A DNA stretch of 64,000 bases from Camelus dromedarius (lineage: Eukaryota). Position numbers and translations under genes: made by a program. The notes beneath the pieces were generated by a model, which did not search any database, had not been told where the DNA came from, and saw only the letters and a list, made by a program, of their open reading frames with translations. The DNA lies in assembly GCF_036321535.1 (NCBI RefSeq), contig NC_087436.1, positions 37,264,001 through 37,328,000 on the forward strand. The letters run 5' to 3'. Positions within the stretch are counted from its first letter, which is position 1. Each line of letters begins with the position of its first letter. Below are positions 1 to 12,665 of this stretch, one piece after another.

Positions 1-339
1 ACCTTCATATGCTAAATGTTGCTGCCATCTCCTTCCACCTTGGGTAGCACTATCCTTATGGGTCATTAAAGAGGTGATAGTTTTGTCTTGAGAAGGTGCC
101 CATATCACATGCCGAGATAGTGCTTAGTGATTTTTAAACTTTTAAATATAGTTTGTAAAGTAATATATTATAATGATCTGTTATTCTCCTATTTAGTCAT
201 CTCAGACGTGCACAGAGACAGGCCAGAGGAATGAATTGTGGCCTTGGGTGCTGTGCCATTGACCCCGATTTACAGCTGCTGAAATAACCTTGAAGTTTGT
301 TTCTTGACTTGAGTTAGTATGGCTGTGCTGCCTTTAGAG

Positions 340-620
340 TAGTGAAGATCCTGCTTCCTTCCACCTTGTTGCTCCAACCATGTCTAGGGTGTGATCCAAG
401 ATGGGGCATCACTACATCTCCAGTTCCACTAGAGGGAAGAGGAAAAAGTGGGAAAAGAGTATACTCCTTTCTTTAAGGGCATACCATGGAAGTTGTACTC
501 ATTACTTCTACTCATATACCATTGGCCAAAATTTGTCATTTGGCCACATCTAGTTGCAAGAGTTGTTGGAGTATATGGTCATGTCTCCAGATAAACAACA
601 GATTTCTGAGACTGTGGGAG
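340..620. mobile_element. Old MaLR solo LTR fragment (MLT1J/K/L-like)
   Basis: Contains 'acttctactcatataccattggccaaaatttgtcatttggccacatctagttgcaag', which resembles the conserved MLT1 block as recalled. Boundaries approximate. Confidence 0.55.
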
Positions 621-1619
621 AAAAACCAAATGGCCATTCAGGGTTACTTGATCTTTCTGCCAAGAGCAAGTCCCAGGATTTAAAATTAATGGCTGTTTAG
701 CCTCTTGTGTCATTTTATTTCCTTTAATGTTTTCCTCTCTTAGAGGAGGTTGCAGTAATCTTTGATGATTTTTCACCCCTGAAGTTCTAAGGCCTGGACA
801 ACTGAAGATCATAAAGACTTCACTCCTATTCCCCCAACCCTTCTGTCCAAGATAAGCAGGAATTAAATTAACCAGCAATATCAATTTAACTTTTAGAGGT
901 ATCCTTGATATTTATCAAATGTTTCAATTTATCTCTTTTTGGTCCTCTGACCTATAAGAATGGTAGCTAGGACATTAAAAAAAATGGGTCATCCTTTGCA
1001 AGAATTTTAAACAAAAAATATCTCTTGCAAGTATTTTAAATAAAAAATTTAGTATGTTGTTTGTTAGACAATGTCTTGGCTTGACATTTTGTATATTGCA
1101 GTATTCAAAACTGAACATTTTCAGGAGTGATACTGAGACTTAAAATAATGTTACAGTTGTAGGAGGTGAAATCCTTTTCACTTTTTAATAAAATTAACCA
1201 TCTTCTTTTAATGTTATTTGAATATTAACAATGTCATGCAGAAGGACATTACAGTTGGAGTCAGAATCTAGAGATTGTCCATCCTGGTTTATATTCCCTG
1301 CCTTCCACTTTAGAAAAGTTACTTCAGATTTTCTTGATTAAGAGGTTTTTGTTTTAGTAGAGGACTTAATCAGCCACTGTTAACTGGCATATATTTATCA
1401 ACACAAAGGCAGCATGGTGACTCGTGCCAGGTAGAGAAAACAGTATGATTTGACCCTTGACTTCGTTTTAAATTATCATTTTTTGTATAATGTATATTAG
1501 TTTACAAAATATTTCTTGCTTAATTTATCTTAGGGTCCTTATTAAGAGTGATTTAGGGAATATTTAAGGCACTTAAGGGGTGCCTTAGACATTAAGTATT
1601 TTTTAAAAGACTAAATACT

Positions 1620-1750
1620 ATTTTCACATTTTAAAAGCAAGGAAATTGAGGTTCGAGGAGGGTAAGTGACTTGCTTGAAGACACATAGACAAGGGTAGAT
1701 TAAGGCTTTCTGCCCTGAGCTCCCAACTCCATGTCTGGTGTTCTTTCCTC
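1620..1750. mobile_element. MIR SINE relic
   Basis: MIR core-like 'aaggaaattgaggttcgaggagggtaagtgacttgcttgaagacacatag'. Confidence 0.6.
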
Positions 1751-2309
1751 TTGTCTTGCTGAAGACGATGAAGAAAGATGAGAGTGTGGATAATAACCAA
1801 ATAGATTATTGAGTCAGCAGCTTTTCAGGGTTGGTCTTTTCAAAGATCACCATTAAATTTGTTGAAGCAAGTAACTTAAGCTCAAGTATGGTGTTAGGAT
1901 TTAATCAGAGCTCTCAGTCTTAACTATGGCTCTATCCATTTGTGGGTGGTCTTGGAAAAATCTCTTCAACTGTGAAGTTCAGTTTTCCTCACCTATAAAA
2001 TTGGTGATACTGCATACATAGTTAACTTCTATGACCTTTTAGGTGATAGTTAGGCTTCAACAGTCATCTGTATTTTTTTTATGGACATGTTTTGTAATTT
2101 AGACTGTGAGGTAGTGCAGCAAAAATTTGCTCCAAGTTTCCCTTCTTTTACAGAAATCAGGGAAAATGGGATTGCTGGATCAGGAAACTTAACTTCCTTG
2201 TGTCCTTGCTAAGATACACACACAGATACTTATGCTTAATTTTAATCATATTTTTCAAAAAAGATATTTAGTTTGGCTTATTTTTGAACTTTAAAAGTAG
2301 AATCATATG

Positions 2310-2643
2310 TCAGTAGGGAATTGCAAATTAAACAAACAACAAGAAACTGTTATGTACCTATTAGAATGACAAAATCCTAAATACTGACAGTCAAAAGCTG
2401 TTGAGGGTGTGGAGGAGTCCTCATTCATTTCTGGTGGGAATACATAATTGTATAGCTACTTTGGAAGACGTTGTGGCAGTTTCTTATAAAACTAAACTTA
2501 CTCTTACCATACAATCTGAGAATAGTACTCATTGGTATTTACCCAAAGGAGCTCAAAACTTACATCTACAGAAAAACCCACACACAGACGTTTATAGCAG
2601 CTTTATGCATAATTGCTAAAATGTAGACACAACCAGGATGTCC
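2310..2643 (+). mobile_element. Old LINE-1 (L1M) fragment, ORF2 C-terminal region
   Basis: L1 3' ORF2 motifs (gaattgcaaatta, ctggtgggaa, ttggtatttaccc, tttatagcagcttta). ORF 2401-2619 is a degenerate ORF2 C-terminus. Confidence 0.8.
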
Positions 2644-4284
2644 CATTCTGTAGGTTGCCTTTTTGTTTTGCTAGTTATTAGTTCCTTTGCTGTACAGAAG
2701 CTTTCTAGTCTCATGTAATCCCACTTGTCTGTTTTTGGTTTAGTTGCTCGTGCTTTTGATATTATAGTCAACAAATCACGGCCCACTGTGATGTCTAGAA
2801 GATTTTTTTTCTAAGGATTTTATTGTTTCATTTTTTTATGTTTAAGTCTTTGATTTCTTTTGAGTTGATTTTTATATATATGGTGGAAGATAAGGGTCGA
2901 GTTTCATTCTTTTGGGGGTGGATATCCAATTTCCAAAGTACCATTTATTGAAGAGACTATTATTACCTTATCATATATTCTTGGCATCCTTATGTAAGAT
3001 CAGTTGGCAGTATATTCATGGGTTTATTTCTGGGCTTTTTTGTTCCATTTGTCTATATATCAGCTTTATGCCAATGTCCTACTTCTTTGATTACTGTAGC
3101 TTTGTAATATGTTTTGAAATCAAGGATTGTGATATCTCCAGCTTTGTATTTTTTGCTCAAAATTGCTTTTACTATTTGGAGTTCTTCGTGGTTCCAAATG
3201 AATTTTAGGGTTATTTTTTCTATTTCTTTAAAACATTGGGTTTCAATCTATATATTGCTTTGGGAAACATCGATATTTTAACAATATGAGTTCTTCCAGT
3301 CCATGGTCATGGGATATCCTTTCATTTATCTGTGTCTTTTAAAAATTTCTTTTGTTAATGTTTTATAGTTTTCAATGTACAAGTCTTTCACCTTATTGGT
3401 TAAATTTATTCCTAAGTATTTTTTTTATTTGATTGTAGATTGGATTATTTTTAAAATTTCCTTTTGGAATAGGTCTTTGTTAATATATAGAAACATAGGT
3501 GATTTTTTGGTATGTTGATCTTGCATCCTGCAACTTTAATGAGTTTGCTTATTAGTTCTAACAGTTTTTTTGGTGGATTTCCTACATAAAAAATCATGTT
3601 ACCTACAAACAAAACAATTTACTTCTCTTTTCTGATTTGAATGCCTTTGGTTTCTTTTACTTGCCTACTTGCTCTGAATAGTTGCTCTAGTATTATATTG
3701 AATAGAAGTGGTGAGAGTGTTTTCTTGCCTTGTTTTGGATCTAGAGGAAAGGCATTCAGGTATTCACTGTTGAATATGCTGCTCGCTGTGGGCTTTCTGT
3801 AAATGGCTTTTATTGAGTCAAGGTAAGTTTCTTCTACACCTAATTTGAGGAGAGTTTTTATTGTGAAAGAGTGTTGAATTTTATCAAATGCTTTTTCTGC
3901 ATCTATTGAGATGATCATGTGATTATCCTTTATTCTGTGGATATATATTTACTGATTATTTTGCATATGTTAAACCATTTATTCATCCCAAGGATAAATC
4001 TTACTTAACCATGGTGTATGATTCTTTTATATGCTTTTGTCGTTTGCTTGCTAGTATTTTATTGAGGATTTTTACATCTGTGTTTGGTAGGGATATTGTC
4101 CTATAGTTGTTTTTTTTTCTTGCAGTGTTTTGTCTGGATGCTGGTCTCACAGAATGAGTTTGGAATTGTTCCCTCTTCTTATATTTTTTTGAAGAGTTTA
4201 AGAAGGATTTGTAGTAATTCATTAACTGTTTCTTAGAATTCATCTATAAAGTCATCTGCTCCTAGGCTTTTCTTTGTTGGGAGC
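2641..4284 (-). mobile_element. LINE-1 ORF2 (RT region) fragment, left part of an interrupted element
   Basis: Minus ORFs 3619-3918 ([16 protein letters not shown]...[11 protein letters not shown]) and 4001-4243 ([20 protein letters not shown]) are L1 RT motifs. Confidence 0.92.
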
Positions 4285-4365
4285 CCCCCACCACCACCAC
4301 CCAGTAAACTAGTGCTTTATTCTAATTGGAAAAGTTTGAATCTTATTTTGCCTGTTATGTTATTT

Positions 4366-6761
4366 TTTTAAATTGAAGTATAGTTGAATTACAATTTTAT
4401 ATTAGTTCCAGGTGTACAAAGAGTAATTTGATATTTTTATAGATTACACTCCATACAAAGTTACAATATTTAAAAATATTGATTATATTCCCTGTGCTGT
4501 ACATTACATCCTTGTAATTTGTGCCTCTTAATCCCCTTCACCTATTTTGCCCTTCCCTCTACCCCTCTTTCTTCTGGTAACCACCAGTTTGTTCTCTGTA
4601 TCTGTGATTCTGTTTTTGTTTTATTATATTTATTTATTTGTCTTAATTTTTAGATTCTACATATAAGTGAAAACATGTAATGTTTGTCTTTCTTTATCTT
4701 ATTTCAGTAAGTATAGTACTTTCTAGGTCCATCCATGTTGTCACAAATGGAAAAAATTTATTCTTTTTTTATTCTTAGATCTCTCTCTCTCTCTCCAATC
4801 TTTTTTATCCATTCATCTGTTGATGGACACTTAGGCTGCTTCTATATCTTGAGTATTGTGAATAATGTTGCTATGAACTTTAGGGTGTACATATCATTTC
4901 TAATTGGTGTTCTTGCTTTCTTTGGATAAATACCCAGGAGAGGAATTGCTGGATCATATGGTAGTTACATTTTAAATTTTTTGAGGAACCTCCAAACCAT
5001 TTTCTGGCTACACTAACTTAATTTCCCACCAATAGTGCACGAGGGTTCCCTTTTCTCCACTTCCTTGCCAACACTTGTTATTTCCAGCCTTTGTGATAAC
5101 AGCCATTCTGATAGGTGTGAGGTGATACCTCATTGTGGTTTTGATTTGCATTTCCCTGGTGAATAGTGATATGATGTTGAGCATTTTTCATGTACCTCTT
5201 TGCTGTTTGTATGTCCTCTTTGGAATAATGTCTGTTCTGGTCCTCTGTTTTTTAATTGGATTGTGTTTTTGCTATTGAGTTCCATGAGTTCTATCTGTTT
5301 TAGATATTAACCCCTTATCAGGAACATCATTCGCAAAAGTCTTCTCCTTTTCAATAGGTTGTCTTTTTGTTTTGTTTATGGTTTCTTTGTTTATGGCTGT
5401 GCAAATGCTTTTAAGTTTAATTAGGTCCCATTTGTTTATTTTTGCTTTTGCTTCCATTACTCTAGGAGGCAAATCCAAAAAAAATATTGCTGTGATTTAT
5501 GTTAAAGAGTGTTCTGTCTCTGTTTTCCTCCAAGAGTTTTATAGTATCTAGTCTTACATTTAGGTCTTTAATCCACTTTGAGTTTATCTTCGGCTATGGT
5601 GTTAGATAATGTTCTAATTTCATTCTTTTGCATGTGGCTGTTCAGTTTTCCCAGCACCACTTATTGAAGAGACTGTCTTTTCTCCATTGTATATTCTTGC
5701 CTCCTTTGTCATAGATTAATTGACCATAAGTGCATGGGTTTATTTCTGGGCTTTCTATCCTGTTCCATTGATCTATGTGTCTGTTTTTGTGCCGGTACCA
5801 TACTGTTTTGATTACTGTGTGGCTTTGTAGTATAGTCTGAAGTCAGGGAGCATGATTCCTCCAGCTTTGTTTTTCTTTCTCAAGATTGTTTTGGCTATTT
5901 GAGGTATTTTGTGTTTCCATACAAATTTAAAAAATTTTTGTTCTAGTTCTGTGAAACATGCCACTGGTAATTTGATAGGGGTTGCATTGAATCTTAGATT
6001 GCCTTTGGTAGTATGGTTATTTTAACAATATTGATTCTTCCAATCTAAGAACATGGTATATGGTTCCATATGTTTGTGTTGTCTTCAATTTCTTTCATTA
6101 ATGTTTATAATTTTCCAAGTACAGGTCTTTTACCTTGTTATGTAGGTTTATTCCTAGGTATTTTATTCTTTTTGATGTGATGGTAAATGGGATTGTTCCT
6201 TACTTTCTCTTTCTGATATTTCATTGTTAGTGTGTGAACTGCAACAGATTTCTGGTTATTACTTTTGTATCCTGCAACTTTACTGAATTCATTGATGAAC
6301 TTTAGTGGTTTTCTGGTGGTATCTTTAGAATTTTCTGTGTATGGTATGTTATCTGTAAACAGTGACAGTTTTACTTCTTTTCCAATTTGGATTCCTTTTA
6401 TTTCCTTTTCTTCTCTGATTGTTGTGGCTGGGACTTCCAAAACTATGTTAAATAAAAGTGGCGAGAGTGGGTGTCCTTGTCTTTTCCTCATCTTAGAGGA
6501 AATGCTTTTAGTTTTTCACTGTTGAGTATGATGTTAGCTGTGTGTTTGTCATATATGGCCTTTATTATGTTGAGGTATGTTCCCTCTATGCCCACATTCT
6601 GGAGAGTTTTTCTCATAAATGTATGTTGAATTTTACCAAAAGCTTTATCTGCATCTATCGAGATGATCAGATGGTTTTTACTCTTCAGTTTGTTAATGTG
6701 ATGTATCATATTGATTTGTGGATACTGAAAGACCCTTGCATACCTGGGATAAATTCCATTG
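4366..6761 (-). mobile_element. 5'-truncated LINE-1 (3' UTR plus ORF2 3' half)
   Basis: T-rich tail near 4362. L1 ORF2 peptides ([45 protein letters not shown]). Degenerate TSD ctgttatgttattt (4352-4365) / ctgtttcattattt (6762-6775). Confidence 0.92.
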
Positions 6762-7200
6762 CTGTTTCATTATTTATAGAAACTTTTAACAATGAAAAAA
6801 ACCTAAACATTCAATTTAACTGTGACTATGGAAACCCTTTCAAGTTCATCATTCCATTTACAGTATCATAGCAAAGTTACATTTAATCCATTTTAAAACT
6901 GAAGAAAAAAATTTTACTTACAGAGAAGAAACAAATAGGTAAAATTTTTTTCAAGTTACTCTTTCTCTTAAAAGGAGTGAGTAGGCATCCTAAGTGATTG
7001 AACTTCTTTGAGGATGTTATAAAATGAAAAAGCAAGTCCAGGCACTCAGACCTGTCTTTTTAAAGTTGAAATTACTGCTGTATGGTACTTTCCTCACTCC
7101 TTCCCGCTAATGAAGGAAAAGTGCTGATAACCTCATAAAAGCTTTATTTTCTGACTTGGAACACAGGGATTTTAAAAGTTTCAAGTCACTCTCTTTCTTT

Positions 7201-7290
7201 TGAGCTTTTTGATTACCTTCAAACTCATTTGTCATTGGTCTGTTCAGGCTTTTTGTTTTTTATTGATTCGGTCTTGGTATGTTGTTATGT
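7201..7290 (-). mobile_element. LINE-1 ORF2 fragment, apparent continuation of the 2641-4284 element
   Basis: 'gagctttttgattacc...attggtctgttcagg' is the L1 sequence expected to follow 'ctttgttgggag' at about 4283. Confidence 0.65.
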
Positions 7291-7319
7291 TTTGGTAAGC
7301 ATTTTTGTGTCTTTAAGAC

Positions 7320-9660
7320 ACTTTCTCACTAAGATAAAAATAGTCATCTGTGTTTTCTTCTGAAAGCTTTAAGTTTTACTTTAAAAAATTATTCCATCTA
7401 GAATGGATCATTGTGTTTGATGTGTAGGGAACCCAATTTTATCTTTTTCCACATGGGTAGTCAGTTGTCTAAATAGTATTTATTGACTATCCATCCTCTT
7501 CTAATGATTTGCAATGCCAACTCTGTCGTAGCTTGAGTTTCCATGTATGTGTGGATTTGTTTCTAGATTTTCTATTCTGGTTGATTGGTCTCTTCTCTAT
7601 TCATAACACCAGCCTACACTGTCTTAATTTCTATAATTTTGAAATAAATTTTGATATTTGAGAGAATAAATTGCTACCACCCTTGACTTATTCTTGAGTG
7701 TCTTATCTAGTCCTGATATTTTGTATCTCTCTGTACATTTTATAATCAATTTGTTATGTTCTGTGAAAAAGCCTTGTGCAATGTTGATTAAAATTTTATT
7801 AAATTTTTATATCAATTTGGTGAGAATTAACATTCTTGTGATACTGAATCTCTTGCTGATGAACATGATACCTTTTTCCAGTTAGTTGGCCTCCTTTAAC
7901 GTCTTTCAGTAACAGTTTATGATATTCTTACACTTTTTTGTATACATTTCAAAATACATTCGTCCATTACTATACTAAGTGGTATTTCTTTGTAAATTAC
8001 ATGACCTATGTCATTGTTATTGGTATATAGAAATGTGGTTTATTTTTGAAATTGATTTCATTGCCAAGGACTTTTATTCATTCTAAAAAGTTAGCTGTAT
8101 ATTTAAAAATCCCAGGTGGTGGAATTAATGACATCCCTCAGTCTGTGACACTTCATTCTTCTCTTACTTTATTATTTATTTATTACTTTTAATCTCCATA
8201 TCCTATTCTCATTCTTCATTTCCCCTTGGTTAACAACCATTTAATTTCTACAGAATTTTCTATGTAGACAACCGTATCTTTACAATAATTGTAAGCAATT
8301 TAGCTTACTCTCTCCAATTCTAATACCTTTTTCTTTTTCTTTTTTTCATATGTTGCTGGCTAGGACCTCTATAGTAATATTAAACAGAAGAGGTGATGGA
8401 GTGCCTCTTACACTTCTTTCTGAATTTTAGGCAATAGCTCTAACATGTCATTGCTGAATGTGAAGTTTGTCATAGGTATATATTTTTTTGTATACATATA
8501 TATTTATTGAAGTATAGTCAGTTTATAATTTGTGTCAATTTCTGGTCTACAGCATAATGCTTCAGTCATACATACACATACATATATTCATTTTCATTTT
8601 GTTATAAGTTACTACAAGATATTGAGTATAGTTCCCTGTGCTATATAGTATGAACTTGTTATTTATCTATTTTATATATATTAGTACTTGCAAATCTCAA
8701 ACTCCCAGTTTATCCCTTCCCACTCCCTTTTCCCCCCGGTAACCATAAGTTTGTTTTCTATGTCTGTGAGTCTGTTTCTGTTTTGTAAATAAGTTCATTT
8801 GTCTTTTTTTTTTTTTTAGATTCCACATGTAAGTGGTATCATGTGGTATTTTTCTTTTTCTTTCTGGCTTACTTCACTTAGAATGACGATCTCCAGATTC
8901 ATCGCCGTTGCTGCAAATGGCATTATTTTATTATTTTTTATGGCTGAATAGTATTCCATTATATAAATATACCACAACTTTATCCAGTCAGCTGTTGATG
9001 GACATTTAGGTTGTTCCCATGTCTTGGCTATTGTAGATAGTGCTGCTATGAATATAGGGGTGCATGTATCTTTTTGAATTAAGGTTCCTTCTGGATATTG
9101 TCATAGGTTTTTGTTAGACAGACTTAAAACAAGTTGAAGAAATTTTCTTCTCTTACTAGATGCTAAGAGTTTTTTCACGAGTAAAATATTGAATTAATTA
9201 AATGCTGTTTTGTGTCTACAGAGATGATATGACTTATCTCCTTAATTTTACTAATGTGGTAAATAGCACCAATAGATTTTCTAATATTAAGCTTCCATTG
9301 CAAACCTAGGGTAATCTCTGCTTGATCATATTTTATAGGCTATTGATTGGATTTGGTTTTCTAATGTTTTATTTAGTATTTCTATACCTGTGTTCATGAG
9401 TTCAGTAAGTTTTCATTTCTCCTGTTGTCCTTACCTTGCTTTTGGTATAAGGTTCAGATCAAGAGGATAAAATCCTCTGGGCCTGTATATTCTTTATGGA
9501 AAAATTTTAAATCACCCATTCAGTTTCTTTAATAGTTCTATGTGTATTCAAATAGTTTATTTCTTTTTAAGTCAATTTTGGCAAATTATATTTTTCTAGG
9601 CATTGACAATTTTATCAAAGTTTTCAGATTTATTGGTGACATTTCAAAAGTGTTCTTATT
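7320..9660 (-). mobile_element. Highly diverged L1M element, interrupted by a younger L1
   Basis: T-rich antisense L1 ORF2-like phrases throughout. No intact frame. Confidence 0.7.
8478..9097 (-). mobile_element. Young 5'-truncated LINE-1 3' end
   Basis: Exact 11-bp TSD ttgtcataggt at 8467-8477 and 9098-9108. Near-identical to the L1 3' UTR copies at 30530 and 50021. Confidence 0.92.
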
Positions 9661-10232
9661 AAGAATCAAAATACTGAGTTGGACAGATGGTGACAATACT
9701 AAATAGTCTGTAAAATTTCTCTAAGACTGTATAGTGTCACATCTTACCAAAATTAAATCAAGTACAATATATGAAAGTATTTAAAAATTATTTTTCCTTC
9801 TATTTGGAAGCTTGAAAATTATCAGGAAAAGAAATATTGAAGCACAGTCTTTACCATGATAGACAGCTTTTTTTTCTCAATTATTTCTCTTAAGCCATAA
9901 TACATAATAAAATGTATTACAAAACTATAATTTAGTTTTTTAAAAAAATTACCTGTTAATTTTCTAGCATAAGGAAAATATTGGGTTATACTATGACATA
10001 TGCCTTATATTTCCTTTCTCATACATTATCTCATTAGATCCTTTAGAAGCTTTATTTTGGTTTTCTGCTTAAAATTCACAAAGGTTGGTTGTGAACTCTA
10101 ACGTCACTTTTGAGAAAGGACTCTGGAGAACCCCCTGAGGATAGTTTACTTGAAAATACATGAGTTCATTCCTAATAGAATCAAACTCTGAAGTCCCTGC
10201 CTGACTTCTTTTTTAATACATCCTTGAGCCTG

Positions 10233-10330
10233 TCTTATACCCAATAGTTTGTGCCTCCCACTTCCCCACCCCTGTATTTCTGCCCTTCCACCCCCCCCCC
10301 CAATTACTACTAGTTTGTTCTCTGTATCTG
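10233..10330 (-). mobile_element. Short internal LINE-1 3' UTR fragment without tail
   Basis: 'actagtttgttctctgtatctgtgag' matches the L1 3' UTR at about 4583-4607. Flanked by tgagcctg repeats. Confidence 0.65.
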
Positions 10331-11569
10331 TGAGCCTGAAAGAAGTTGTTTTCTAGTATGTCCCAGATTGAGGAGTGTCGAATTCACAGGCTGTTCCTGC
10401 TGACCTAGAAGCCCAACCTCCCTCAGCTGGCTTTGAAAATTAAGTGGAGTGTTGACTGATTAATTGAAGGGCACAACTGATGTTGTGCAGAGTAGATAAC
10501 CTGACACAGTGCATAGAGCTCAACATAGTCTTATTTTGCATTTTATTTCCTTTTTTCCTTAAATGAGAAATGTGGGACAGTATCCCCATAATATATGCCG
10601 TACTTTATATATATATGTAACATAGTAGCTATTTTGTTGAGAGCAAAGAAAATATGTCTAAATGTAATGAGAAGAGGAGCTTAGACCTGTGAACTGAGAG
10701 GGACTTGTCTGTCAAAAAAGAAAGGCAGCAAAGGTTTAGAGAGAGGACCAGAGAGCTAGTATAATGAGGGTAGGGGATATAGAAAGAAACGTGAAACTTC
10801 TGAAAGTTTTCAGTTGAAATTGCAAATGCATCCAAAATAGGTATGTAAAGAGGAGGAATCTTGTGAAGTGTCTAGAGAATACCAAGACCACAGATCTTTT
10901 CCCTAAGGCCAGGAGGAGCTGAAGCATTTGGAATTGTTTCATTTGTGTTGATGGGGTAACACCCCTCCCGCAGGTCAAGGGTGCAAAGTCATGGAGCAGA
11001 GTTCACCTCTGCCCTAGAGGTTGAATTTTGTGGCCTAGGAGAATCTTTGCAGCTTTATCTTTTGTGATCATCTGGCAAAAGGATGTGGCTTCAAAGTGCC
11101 TTCTGCTTTCTTTTATCCCATAGCTGCAAAGCCCAGAGAAACCTGAATTCTTCCTTTGCTATTGTGATGGATCTCAGCACTGCTTCTCTCAGCTGGCTGT
11201 TCCAGACCTGTGAGGTGAGTCTTGGGGGTCTGTGTGGAGGGTGGGATCAGCGGGAACCAAATTCTTTAGCCTCTGTAATGGCTTGTGTCTGCTTGACTGT
11301 GTCAGTCGTCCAGGGTCATTCAAGGAAGTAGTTAGAAATGAAACACTTGTGTGTCCTGCTTTGATTATATTTGTGTGATGGTGAGAAAATAACTCTATGG
11401 TCCTTTATTTCCTCTTCTGTAAAACAAAGATATTAGACAACATCACTGATTTTACGACATCTCCCATCTGTTTTTATGAAAGCATGATCATCTCTGACTG
11501 CTGTATTTGTAAGCACATGTTTGGAAACTCGCTCCCTTAGCCCTGTGCCCACAGTAATACTGTTATTCA

Positions 11570-12150
11570 ACTATACTCACTTATTCATTCTCCATTTATT
11601 TTAAAAATCTTATTATATGTTAAGCATTGAGGTAAGTACTGGGATTATGGAGATGACAGATTTTAACCCTCGCCTTGGCTATGGTTTAATGTGGAAGTCT
11701 GAAAAAATAAATCAGTGTAGTGATGGTTCTGTGAAATGAGTGCTATAAATCAATGTGCATAGGGTATTACAGAAAATGAATTGTGTAGTCAGATTATGTG
11801 GGTTGGGAAACTTTGGGAATAAGTGACAATAGGAAATCTAATTTGAAAGGCTAGTAGGAATTAGCTAGGGAAAGAAGGCAGAGAAAGGAGTTCCAGGCAA
11901 AGGAAACAGAATCTGCAAAGACTGGGGGCCCTGAAACCGCATAATGACTTTGATATGTTGAGGGAAAGGCACATACATGAGGAAAAGAGAGGAGATAGAG
12001 ACCTAAGTAGGGCTCAGATCCTAAAAGGACTATAAATCATTTTGCAGGGTTACCACGTTGAATGTTTTTATGATTCCAGAAGGATTTTATGTGGTGGAGT
12101 AACATTAGGGTTTCATTTTAAAGATTATTCTGGCTTCAGTGGAAACATAG
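11570..12150. mobile_element. L2 LINE relic
   Basis: L2-like phrases (cattc-rich end, ttccaggcaaaggaaacag, aagattattctggct). Confidence 0.55.
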
Positions 12151-12169
12151 GAAAGTGGCGATAAGATAT

Positions 12170-12665
12170 ACTGTAGATTAGGCTTGATTCAGTTTTTATT
12201 TTAACTCCCTTCTATCATATCTTTTTGTAATGTAAGAGCTGGAAAACCCAAACCAACATTTCCCAGGCTCCCATGCAGCCAGAGTACTGTACAGGAATTA
12301 GGGCCTATACCATGTGCAGATGCCCTCACAAGAAAACTGATACGAAGCTGAGTTCCATGAGGAAGATCCATTTTGCTGGGGCAGAAAAATGGAGAGGTGA
12401 CATAATTCTGGAGCTGAAACTATTGTTATTGGGAAGCCCTAACACCCGTCTACTAATTGAAACACGGGTCTGTAGAGTGGAGGTAAAGACAGAAACTCCT
12501 TGGCAAGCTCAGTTCTATGTGGTGGTTAGTGAAGTCACCCTATGGTCTGATTTCACAGATCTCCCAACAGTTCTGTGAGCGATTCATATTACTTAGTAAT
12601 TCATTTCTTCTCTAGCCAGGTAAGGAAAAGTCTGTTGTCTGAGACTGTGAACCCTGACCAAATTG
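12170..12665 (+). mobile_element. ERVL-class solo LTR (LTR33/LTR16-like)
   Basis: 'catttcccaggctcccatgcagccag' and terminal 'ctgttgtctgagactgtgaaccctgacc' resemble the recalled consensus. Confidence 0.5.

Noticed and set aside
3619..6709. RT-like ORFs as a novel retroelement or retron-like system
   Set aside because: They are ordinary frameshifted LINE-1 ORF2 fragments.
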